20,474 nucleotides of DNA, taken from assembly GCA_031458695.1 (NCBI GenBank), contig JAVKJW010000032.1, forward strand, positions 1,446 to 21,919, written 5' to 3'. Each line of letters starts with the position of its first letter. Position 1 is the stretch's first letter. This document shows positions 8,162 through 17,300 of this stretch, piece after piece. Origin of the DNA: Candidatus Thermofontivivens primus (lineage in GTDB: Bacteria; Sysuimicrobiota; Sysuimicrobiia; Sysuimicrobiales; Thermofontiviventaceae). The notes under the pieces are model-generated. The model was given only the letters and a program-made list of their open reading frames with translations. It was not told the DNA's origin and did no database searches. Position numbers and translations under genes: made by a program.

Positions 8162-9082
8162 ATGAGCACGTATACCATTAAACGTATCCTCTTGCTAGTC
8201 CTCCAGGCCTGGCTAACTGTTTCTGCCCTGTTCGTGGTGTTTCGCCTAGCCCCTGGTGATCCTGCCGTGCTTATTGCCGGACCTGGAGCTACGCAAGCAC
8301 AGATCGACCTCATCCGACATCAACTTAGACTGGACCGACCGCTCGCCGTCCAGTACATCGCTTTTGTACGAGATACGCTCCGCGGAGACCTGGGGATATC
8401 CTTGAGCTTCCGTCGTCCCGTGTTGTCGGTCATTGCCTCGCGTATCCCCCCTACGCTCGCGCTGCTCGCCACTAGTCTAGGTTTAGCGGTCATTCTAGGC
8501 GTCCCCTCCGGGGTCGTTGCGGCGGTACGTCCCCTAAGTTTGGTGAGCCAGGCGACCATGGGACTGACAGTTTTGTTCCTTTCTGTACCTAACTTCCTCC
8601 TGGGGTTGCTGCTCATGGACCTCCTCGCAGTCAGGCTCCGCTGGTTACCCGCCGCAGGCACGGGCGGCCCCATTTTTCTCGTCATGCCAACAATTGCCAT
8701 CGCCGCCAGGTTGTTGGCGTTAGTAGCCCGGACAACCCGCGCGAGCGTGCTTGAGATCTTAGGAGAGGACTATATCCGTACTGCACGGGCGAAAGGGCTC
8801 AGTGGTTCTACCATCCTGGTTCGCCACGCGCTCAAACCTGCCATGATCCCCATCGTGACGATGATCGGTCTCCAAGGAGGGTATCTGCTGGGTGGTTCCA
8901 TCGTGATAGAAACGCTCTTCTCATACCAAGGGTTGGGGCAAGCCATGATCAACGCCGTTTCCATGCGGGATTACTTCTTGGTTCAGGGGATCGCACTCTT
9001 CTACGTGGCAGGATTCTTGTTGATTAATCTCCTGGTGGATCTGTCCTATGCTCTCTTTGACCCGCGGATCCGTTATGTATAG
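8162..9082 (+). CDS. ABC peptide/nickel transporter permease (DppB-like)
   Basis: APGDPA, LDRPLAVQY, GDLGISL, EDYIRTARAKGLS...RHALK, ETLFSYQGLG, DLSYALFDPRIR. Confidence 0.95.
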   Translation: MSTYTIKRILLLVLQAWLTVSALFVVFRLAPGDPAVLIAGPGATQAQIDLIRHQLRLDRPLAVQYIAFVRDTLRGDLGISLSFRRPVLSVIASRIPPTLALLATSLGLAVILGVPSGVVAAVRPLSLVSQATMGLTVLFLSVPNFLLGLLLMDLLAVRLRWLPAAGTGGPIFLVMPTIAIAARLLALVARTTRASVLEILGEDYIRTARAKGLSGSTILVRHALKPAMIPIVTMIGLQGGYLLGGSIVIETLFSYQGLGQAMINAVSMRDYFLVQGIALFYVAGFLLINLLVDLSYALFDPRIRYV

Positions 9083-9911
9083 ACAATTCCGCCGAATCGC
9101 CCGGGTCCCGGCCGCTGGGTTGGGTGGGGTTTTAGTGGCGGGGTTTCTTATGGTTGGATTGCTTGCGCCTTGGGTAGTGCCGCTGGATCCTTTTGTCCAG
9201 GATCTGAGTACCGCCTTGCATCCCCCATCTCCCTCTCACTGGTTTGGCACCGACGAGCTCGGGCGTGATCTCCTAAGTAGGGTCATCCTCGCTGCGCGCG
9301 TAGACCTTACGGTCGTAGCGCTAGGGATCGGTTCAGCAATTTTACTCGCAACACCACTAGGCTTAATCGCAGGGTATTTCCGTGGTCTCGCCGATCGCCT
9401 TGTTACTGCTGCGAGCGACCTTATGCTCACATTCCCCTCTCTTGTTCTGGCCATAGTGCTTGTGAGCTTGTTAGGATCTGGTATATCCAGCGTGGTTATT
9501 GCCGTCGCCTTGACAACGGCGCCTCCGCTCTATCGCCTCATCCGTAGCCTAGTCCTACAAATCGCATCGTTAGACTACGTCGAGGCAGCTCGTGCCTTGG
9601 GTGCAACGCACTTTCGAATCATTACCCGCCATATTTTCCCAAATCTCCTCGGCCGTACTGTCGTCTATACGACGCTGTTAGGTAGCCATGCCATCCTTAG
9701 TGTAACGGCGTTAGGATTCCTTGGCCTGGGCGTTCAACCGCCGACACCGGAATGGGGGAACATGTTAGTTTCCGCGCGGACGTACTTAGGAACAGCGCCC
9801 TGGCTTACAGTGTTCCCTGGACTTATGATCATCCTCTTCATCCTAGGGCTAAATCTCTTCGGAGATGCATTAAGAGACCTACTTGATCCAAAACTACTCT
9901 GGCGACCTTGA
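9075..9911 (+). CDS. ABC peptide/nickel transporter permease (DppC-like)
   Basis: HWFGTDELGRDLLSR, DYVEAARALGA...I..RHIFPN, LGFLGLGVQPPTPEWG, NLFGDALRDLLDP. Start set at ATG 9075, overlapping the upstream stop; the ORF track starts at 9048. Confidence 0.93.
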   Translation: MYRQFRRIARVPAAGLGGVLVAGFLMVGLLAPWVVPLDPFVQDLSTALHPPSPSHWFGTDELGRDLLSRVILAARVDLTVVALGIGSAILLATPLGLIAGYFRGLADRLVTAASDLMLTFPSLVLAIVLVSLLGSGISSVVIAVALTTAPPLYRLIRSLVLQIASLDYVEAARALGATHFRIITRHIFPNLLGRTVVYTTLLGSHAILSVTALGFLGLGVQPPTPEWGNMLVSARTYLGTAPWLTVFPGLMIILFILGLNLFGDALRDLLDPKLLWRP

Positions 9912-10020
9912 GAGAATCTGATTCACCTTCTCTAGGAGCATAAGAGGATAAATGGCTCGGCAGCTTGCCCATATGAGCCACCTTCTCCATAGGTTCCAGA
10001 CGCGAGTGGGTGGCCCCAAA

Positions 10021-10172
10021 GAGGTAAACTCAAAAGGTGTGGAAATTCTGCTGAAGGCGGTGTATCCTCCCTCCTAAGAAGAAACATGTGTGAAAGCAGA
10101 AAGGAGGAAATACACCGCCGTGAGCAAGCGTACCATAGAAAGCTCCCTCTCATCAAGGCCCACATGGGGGAG
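10021..10172 (+). mobile_element. Probable left-end remnant of another IS (IS256-like), truncated by ISLre2
   Basis: Strong RBS AGGAGG (10102-10107) and GTG at 10120 start MSKRTIESSLSSRPTWG, cut at 10172 by the ISLre2 end. GGCGGTGTAT (10056-65) pairs with ATACACCGCC (10110-19). The family call is from recalled similarity only. Confidence 0.35.
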
Positions 10173-11754
10173 GTTAGTGTAAAGTTTTTGTAGGTGGGAG
10201 TGGGGTTTAAAGAGAATGCGACCTCACCTCGGCTTCTTCTGATGAAGAGCCAACCCCGCGATAGAGGAGGTGAGGTCTCACGTGGATAGCGGTGCTATCT
10301 TTAGGCTAATCCAAAAAGCGGAGGATTTCAAGGAGCTAGAGAAGGGACTGTTGCAGTTGGCCTTTGCGCTTGTGCGCCAATGGATGGTGGCTGTCTTGGA
10401 GAGCCTGGATCAGGAGCTTGCTGCCACGCGCGAGCCATCCCTAGAGCTGATCCGCTCCGATGTCCGCACCCTTGAGATCGTGGGAGGTCCTATCCAGTTC
10501 TCCCGGCGCTATTACCGCGATAGGGCTACGGGGCAATACCGGTACTTACTGGATGAGGCGTTAGGGTTGGAGGGAAGGCGACGCAGGAGCCCGCTGGTTG
10601 AACAGATGGCCATAGAGCTGGCGACCAAGTTTCCCTATCGCGAGGTGGAGAGGTTCCTGCGGGAGTATTTGTTTACCCGCGTCAGCCATCAGACTGCACA
10701 TGCGCGGGTACAGGAAGCAGGCCATGCACGAGAGGAGGAGCAGGCGGCTATGCAAGCAGCGATGGAGGCTACCGGGGAGCTTCCTCCTACAGAGGGGCGT
10801 GTAGTCGAGTACCTGTTCCTGGAAGCTGACGGGCTCTCGATCGCCTTGCAGCGGGAAGGTGAGAGGAGAACTGAGCTGAAGCTAGGGATCGTCCATGAAG
10901 GGTGGGAGGAGGACCCACCTGGAAGCGGGAGGTACCGCCTCATGGAGAAGCAGGTCTTTGGGGGGCTAGGAGAAAGTCGGACATTCTGGGCTTCTGCGAG
11001 CCTTGCCCTACATCAGCGCTACGCATTAGAGAAAGTGGGGCAGATCATCCTCAACGGCGATGGGGCACGCTGGATCCAAGAGGGGGTGGAGCTCTTCCCC
11101 CATGCCCACTATCAGCTGGATCGGTTTCACCTCCGGCGTCACCTGATTCAGGCCTTCGGGCACGACCGGGACACCCTCCGCCAGGTTGTGGATAGCGTGC
11201 TGGCGGGGAGTTGAGCCGTGCACTGAACGGATTCTTGCACAAGCTGCGCAGCGCAGTAGATCCCCCAAACAGCGGGCACAGATCCACAAGCTCCGTGGTT
11301 ATCTCCAGGCGAACTGGGCAGGCATCCAGGATTACCGGGAAGCGTTGGGCTCGGTTCCACTTGACGCTCGGGGGTTAGGGGCCATTGAGAGCAACATCGA
11401 CAAAGTGTTTGCGAATCGCTTCAAGAAGCGCGGGATGAGCTGGGGGCGGAGGGGTGCCGGGCACCTCAGCCAGCTTGTGGTGCTACGGATCAATGGGACA
11501 CTTACCGCATGGTTAGGGGAACGGTCCAAGCGGCCATTCAGTACGGCCCTCAAGAGCGCGGTCCGGACGGTGCAACACCGAGGCAGGGATATACAGCAAG
11601 AGACAGGCGCTTGGCAACTAGCGACGACTCCCAGCCCTCTATGGGCCACATGCCGGTCGACCCTGGGTTCACGCATTAGGGGCGCTGCAGCGGACGCCTA
11701 CGTCCTTGAATTGAATACCAAGTGGGGGATTACCTACAAAAACTTGACAGCAAC
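10173..11754 (+). mobile_element. ISLre2-family insertion sequence (decayed)
   Basis: Terminal inverted repeats GTTAGTGTAAAGTTTTTGTAGGT (10173-10195) vs reverse complement of 11732-11754 GTTGCTGTCAAGTTTTTGTAGGT (20/23). No target duplication is visible. Confidence 0.85.
10282..11714 (+). pseudogene. ISLre2-family (UPF0236) transposase, frameshifted
   Basis: FSRRYY, YLLDEALGL, LFLEADG, LNGDGARWI, LDRFHL; frameshift ~11210; YL..NW..I.DY, GLGAIESNIDK...RFKKRGMSW...GA; second frameshift ~11625 to LPALYGPHAGRPWV...* (TGA 11712-14). GTG 10282 follows RBS GGAGGTGA. Confidence 0.9.
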
Positions 11755-11770
11755 TCAGCAGCTCGGCGCG

Positions 11771-11799
11771 TTGACAGGGTACTGGGCTGTCGCTATAAT
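11771..11799 (+). promoter_or_regulatory. Consensus sigma70 promoter of secDF
   Basis: TTGACA (11771-76), 17 nt, TATAAT (11794-99). Confidence 0.9.
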
Positions 11800-11880
11800 G
11801 GGACGGGCCTGGTGAGCGTGGATCTCACCCCCATCTTGTCCTTCCCCTTCAGGGGACGGGAACCCAAGGAGGAGTGAAAT

Positions 11881-13230
11881 TTGGCTTCACGCTTGTGGCT
11901 GCGTCTAGCCTTTGTCCTTGCCGTCGCCCTCTTGGCTTTCCAGGTGGCTTTCCGTCCTGTTCGCTTCGAGGGATTCGTCCCTACACTCCAATCCCCCCGC
12001 ATTCACCTCAACCTGGGCCTGGACTTGAAGGGGGGGAGCCGCCTTGTCTTCCGGGCCCTTCGGGAGAACGTCTCCGTGGAGGATTTGCAAGGCGTCAAGC
12101 GCATCATTGAGCAACGCATCGATCAACTCGGGGTGGTAGAGCCTACCATTGAGATCCTGAGCCGCCAGCGGCGGATCGTAGTGGAACTCCCTGGGATCCA
12201 GGATCCCCAGCGTGCTATCAACCTCATCGGGAAGACAGCCCTTCTCGAGTTCGTAGACACGGGCACGACGCAACTCCCACCGGGGGCGAAGTGGAGCGAG
12301 GATGGAAAGAAAGTGACGCTTCCCAGCGGGCAGTCCATTTCTCTCCCCAAGAATGTGAAGTTCACAGGAGCGGACCTCCAGAGCGCACAGGCCACAATCA
12401 GCGATATCGAAGGGCCCGTGGTGAACTTCCAGATGAAGGGGGAGGCAGCGAAGCGGTTCGAGGAGTACACCCGGGAGAACATCGGGCGCTATCTCACCAT
12501 TGTCCTGGATAACGAGGTGATTTCCTCCCCGGTGATCCGGTCGACGATCACAGGGGGAAGGGGACAGATCAGCGGTGGGTTCCAGAACCTCCAGGAAGCG
12601 CGTGATCTGGCTGTACTCCTCCGCAGCGGTGCGCTCCCCGTCCCCGTAGAGGTAGAAGAGAACCGAACCATCGGTCCCCTTCTAGGCCGGGATTCCATTG
12701 AGCGAAGCCTCAAAGCCGGTTACATCGGTACCATCCTCGTGATCCTGTTCATGCTCCTTTACTACCGTCTCCAGGGGTTCCTGGCGAGTCTTGCTCTTGG
12801 TCTATATATCCTCCTCATTTTGGCCGCCCTCACGGGTTTGAACGCAACCTTGACCCTGCCCGGAATCGCCGGGATCATCCTCTCCATTGGTATGGCCGTG
12901 GATGCCAACGTCATTATCTTTGAGAAGATGAAAGAGGAGCTCCGCTTAGGCAAGACCCTGTACATGGCGATCCAAACAGGATGGCGACGGGCTCTTGTGA
13001 CCATTGTGGATTCCAACACGACCACGTTAATCGCGGCGGTGGTGTTGCTCTGGCTCGGAAGCGGCCCTATCCGGGGGTTCGCCGTGACCTTGACTATCGG
13101 GGTTATCGCCAGCATGTTCACCGCGATTGTCGTGACGAGGGTGTTTGTAGACCTCGTGTCCGGGACACGGCTAGCCTCTTGGCTTAAGGCGATCGCGGCG
13201 ACAGGAGGAAGAACCAGTGAAGCAGCCTAG
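11881..13230 (+). CDS. secD: Protein translocase subunit SecD
   Basis: LGLDLKGG, RIDQLGVVEP, VELPG, LRSGALP, IGPLLG, LTLPGIAG..LSIGMAVDANV, IVDSNTTT. TTG start with AAGGAGGAG RBS. Confidence 0.98.
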   Translation: MASRLWLRLAFVLAVALLAFQVAFRPVRFEGFVPTLQSPRIHLNLGLDLKGGSRLVFRALRENVSVEDLQGVKRIIEQRIDQLGVVEPTIEILSRQRRIVVELPGIQDPQRAINLIGKTALLEFVDTGTTQLPPGAKWSEDGKKVTLPSGQSISLPKNVKFTGADLQSAQATISDIEGPVVNFQMKGEAAKRFEEYTRENIGRYLTIVLDNEVISSPVIRSTITGGRGQISGGFQNLQEARDLAVLLRSGALPVPVEVEENRTIGPLLGRDSIERSLKAGYIGTILVILFMLLYYRLQGFLASLALGLYILLILAALTGLNATLTLPGIAGIILSIGMAVDANVIIFEKMKEELRLGKTLYMAIQTGWRRALVTIVDSNTTTLIAAVVLLWLGSGPIRGFAVTLTIGVIASMFTAIVVTRVFVDLVSGTRLASWLKAIAATGGRTSEAA

Positions 13231-14206
13231 CTGGGACATCATCGGGAAGCGAAAGTGGGGGTACCTTTTCTCCCTGCTGGTGATTATTCCAGGGATCATC
13301 GCCCTTTCCGTGAACGGGCTGAACCTGGGCGTGGACTTCACAGGGGGGACCTTCCTCGACCTGCGTCTTGAGAAGGACTTCACCACTGGCCAGGTACGCC
13401 AGATCTTTGATCGATTTGGCCTGGGCCGGAGCATCATCCAGAAGGGGGCAGGGCGGGACCTCTCCATCCGGACGAGGTTCCTCTCAGAGGAGGAGCGGGT
13501 GAAGATCCTCCAGGCCTTGCGTCAGGAGTTTGGGGAAGTCACCGTCCTCCGGGCGGACGAGGTTGGTCCCCGCATCGGGAGGGAGCTCAGGAACATCGCG
13601 ATCCTTGGCGTCGCCATCGGGTTGCTGCTGCAAGTGGTGTATATCAGCTATCGGTTCAAGTCCGTGCGTTTTGCGGTAGCTGCTGACATCGCCCTGCTCC
13701 ACGATATCCTCGTTGTCCTGGCCGCTTTCTCCCTGACCCGCAAGGAAGTGAACAGCTCCTTCGTGGCCGTCCTGCTCACGGTAGTGGGGTATTCCATTAA
13801 CGACACCATTGTCCTATTCGACCGTATCCGGGAAAATTTGGCCATGCGGGCACGGGAGCCGTTCGACCGGCTGGTGAATCGGAGTATCCTGGAGGCCCTG
13901 GTACGTTCACTGAACACTTCCATCACAACGATCCTTGCCATTGGAGCCGTGTACTTCTTTGGTGGCACCACGATCCGAGATTTTGCCTTCGGACTTATGG
14001 TGGGCATTGCAACGGGAGCCTATTCCTCCATCTTCACCGCAAGCCCTCTCCTTGTGGACTGGCATCTTTGGGCACAGAGGCGGAAGGTCAAACCAGTAGA
14101 AGCCCGTCTCCCTGCAGTGGGACCTTCCCCAGTTCCCGCCACAGCAAGCCCGGCCACGAGTCCGGGAGGGCAACCCCCAAGGAAACACAAGAAGCGCAGG
14201 AAATAA
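13217..14206 (+). CDS. secF: Protein translocase subunit SecF
   Basis: LGVDFTGGT, VGP..G.EL, LLHD, LTVVGYSINDTIVLFDRIREN, RSLNTS.TT, GAYSSIF. GTG start after AGGAGG. Confidence 0.98.
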   Translation: MKQPSWDIIGKRKWGYLFSLLVIIPGIIALSVNGLNLGVDFTGGTFLDLRLEKDFTTGQVRQIFDRFGLGRSIIQKGAGRDLSIRTRFLSEEERVKILQALRQEFGEVTVLRADEVGPRIGRELRNIAILGVAIGLLLQVVYISYRFKSVRFAVAADIALLHDILVVLAAFSLTRKEVNSSFVAVLLTVVGYSINDTIVLFDRIRENLAMRAREPFDRLVNRSILEALVRSLNTSITTILAIGAVYFFGGTTIRDFAFGLMVGIATGAYSSIFTASPLLVDWHLWAQRRKVKPVEARLPAVGPSPVPATASPATSPGGQPPRKHKKRRK

Positions 14207-14271
14207 AGAGACCCTCCAAAACTTTCCCTCAAGATTTCCGAGAAGGTGGGGAGGAGGGGAGGAGAGAGCTG

Positions 14272-14280
14272 TGGTATAAT
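14272..14280 (+). promoter_or_regulatory. Extended -10 promoter element upstream of recJ
   Basis: TG-G-TATAAT at 14272-14280, 30 nt before the recJ ATG. No clear -35. Confidence 0.55.
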
Positions 14281-14310
14281 GGAGGAAAGCAAACACCTGT
14301 GCGATAGGTT

Positions 14311-17300
14311 ATGGGAACTGTCCATCGCCTGTGGGTAAGCCTCCCGTCACATCCTGCCGTGGCGGAGATGGCTTCCGCTTTAGGCGTGCATCACCTCATA
14401 TCCCGGATCTTGCTCAACCGGGGGATCACGGACCCGGAAGAGGCCCGCAGGTTCCTCAATCCCTCGCTGGACGATCTCCTCGACCCCTTCGTGTTACCAG
14501 ACGTTGGAAAAGCTATAAACCGGATTCTGAGGGCAATCCGGCTAGGAGAACCGATCACTGTATATGGGGACTACGACGCCGACGGAGTAACAAGCACAGC
14601 CATCCTTGTCCGGACCCTCCGGGCGCTGGGAGCGAAAGTGTGGGAGTTTGCGTATTACATTCCCCAACGCCTGGCAGAGGGTTATGGGCTTTCCCGGGCG
14701 GCGGTGGAAAAACTCTATCATGCCGGGACGAGGCTTCTCATTACCGTGGATTGTGGTACAACAGCCGTCGAGGAAATTGCCCTCGCCCAATCCTTGGGGA
14801 TCGATGTCATCGTCCTCGATCATCACGAGCCTCCCCCTGTGCTCCCAAGAGCCTACGCCCTAGTGAATCCCAAGGTAGATCTCAAGTTCCAGGAACCCGG
14901 CCTGAGCACCCAACACTCGGTACGGGGCACCGACTACTGTGCGGCGGGCTTGGCCTTCCAGCTTTCCCGCGCCTTGCGCGGGGCAGCTGGACTGGGAGGG
15001 GATCCCTACGAACTTGTCGACCTCGCCGCCATTGGGACCATCGCGGATGTAGTCCCCCTTCTCGGGGATAACAGGGCCCTGGCACATGCCGGGCTCCTCC
15101 GTCTGTCTACCTCGCCGGTGGTGGGCTTAGAGGCGTTGAAGGAAGTCGCTGGCCTTTCTGGGATCACCACAGCGAGGGACGTCAGCCATATCCTTGCCCC
15201 GCGCCTCAATGCAAGCGGAAGGATGGGGGACGCTTCCCTTGCTTGTGCCCTTCTTCTCACTGACGACCGGGAGGAGGCCAAATCCCTTGCCCTTCGCCTG
15301 GAGGAGCAGAACCGCTTCCGCCAGGAGATGACCGATCGCGTCCTTGTGGAAGCCTTAGAACAGGTGGAATCCCAAGGCCTCTATGCGGAGCGGGCTATTG
15401 TCCTTGCCTCTAGGGGTTGGCATCCGGGAGTGATCGGGATCGTGGCCTCTCGCCTTGTAGAGAGATTCCATCGACCTGCCATCGTCATCGCACTGGAGGA
15501 GGGAGTGGGGAGGGGCTCCGCCCGGAGCATCCCGGGCCTTCACCTGGTGGAGGCGCTCTCAGCCTGCAGGGATCACCTTCTGAGGTTTGGTGGCCACGCC
15601 CTGGCTGCTGGCCTGGTGATAGAGGAAGGCTCGATCCCCGCCTTTCGGGAGCGGTTCCTACAGGAGGCGCGCCTCAGTCTCCGGGACGAAGACCTCACTC
15701 CAAAGCTCTATGTGGACGCTGAGATCAGCCTCAAGGAGCTTACCCCCGACCTTGCACGCCAAGTCCTCCTCCTCCGGCCGTTTGGGGAAGGGAACCCAGA
15801 ACCCTCCTTCGCCGCTCGGGGGGTTGAGGTCTTGATCTCCCGTCCCGTGGGGGAGGAGAGCCTGAAGCTTGCGCTGACCGATGGGGTTGCATATTTAGAA
15901 GCCATTGGGTTTGGGCTTGCGGATCTCTCCGAGGTCTTGGCCTTTACGGGAACCCCCGTCGATGTGGCGTTCACTCTCGACTTGGCGCGCGCGGGGGAGG
16001 GCGGTGTACGCCTGATTGTGCGCGACCTCCAAACGCCAGGGGTGGACCTTGACAGCATCCTACGAGATTCCAGCTTGCTCCTTGAGCGGCTCTTCACGCG
16101 TGCTGAGGAGTACCTTCGCTCTTCCTATGCCTACAGGATCGAGGAGGCGGAGACGTTCTACACGAGGGTTAGCGGGGTCACTTTCAATGGGCGCCAGGAG
16201 CTCATCTCCCGAATCTCCCCGGGAACTCCTCTGCGCCTTGTGCGGGAGCCCCAAAACCCCTACGACCCGCATGCGGTGAAAGTAGTGACGGAGGAGGGTT
16301 GGCATCTCGGATATCTTCCCGCAAGGCTCGCCGGTCGCTTAGCGCCTGCCATGGATGGAGGAGCCCAGTACGAGGCGATCGTCTCTCAGGTTCTCGGTGG
16401 GGGTGAAGGCCGATCGTTTGGGCTTCTTATCGCCGTCCGCCGTGTCTCTCTCGATGGAGAGGACAGGGAGGCGCGCTTGAGCCGGGAGGCGCTTGGGACA
16501 ATTCCCTTGCCTGAGGCTATCGAGCGCCTTTCCATCCAGTTCCTGGCGGGCCGCCCTCTTCCCCAGGAAGGGAAAGACCTGATCGAGCGAGCGCTCTCTG
16601 AGGAAGGGGCAGTGGCGGTGATCAGCCCGCGAGCTGGGGGGGAGCGTGCGGTGGATATGGCCGCCATCACCTGCGCCATCCGCAAGAAGAAACCTGTCCT
16701 TCTGGCGCTCCCTCTCGCCTCCCAGGTGGATGATCGCCTCGAGATCCTCGCCTCAAGGGCCATGGGGTTTGGCTTGCGGGTGGTCGGCTTTCACGGTGCC
16801 CTCCCTCGGCGCAGGCGGGAGAAGGCGCTTGCAAGCCTCCTCTCCGGGGACTTCGATCTCCTCCTGGCGAGCTGGGATACTCTCTATAGGCTACAAGCCT
16901 CCATCGCTTCCCTCCGCCCGTGGAGGGCATTCTTTGAGGTCCCAGAACTCACCCCTACTTCCCTTGAAGAGATCCAAAGACTCCTTGAGGCTTCCGGGAG
17001 TCCAGTTCCCATCCTCCTTGCTGCAAGGGCGACAGAGGAAACGGTCCAGAGGGCCATGGAGGTTCTTAGGGTCCATCACTGCATCGCGGACACTTCCTTT
17101 TCCACGGGGGTGCGCATTGTGGACAAGCGTGGGACCCGCGACAAGGAGGCATACCTTGCTACCCTCCTTGGGAGGGGGGAGTCCACCGTGATCTTCACCA
17201 GCCGCAGGGAGCAAACGGTGGAATTGGCCAGGGGATTGCGGGAAAAGCTCGGGGAGCTGCGCGACCATATCGCTTACTACCATGGAGGGCTCCCCATGCG

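Noticed and set aside
9932..10165. 77-aa minus-strand ORF
   Set aside because: No recognisable domain; overlaps the hairpin/RBS of a probable IS remnant on the other strand.
11744..11772. Hybrid promoter from the outward TTGACA in the ISLre2 end
   Set aside because: No -10 hexamer 16-18 bp downstream; the native promoter at 11771-11799 is sufficient.
11800..11880. secD 5' leader as a riboswitch or arrest-peptide leader
   Set aside because: Only short hairpins (GGTGAG/CTCACC, TCCCC/GGGGA), no leader ORF with an RBS, and no recognisable riboswitch consensus.
14207..14270. Terminator between secF and recJ
   Set aside because: Only loose CCCTCC/GGAGGG pairing with no U-tract; not supportable.
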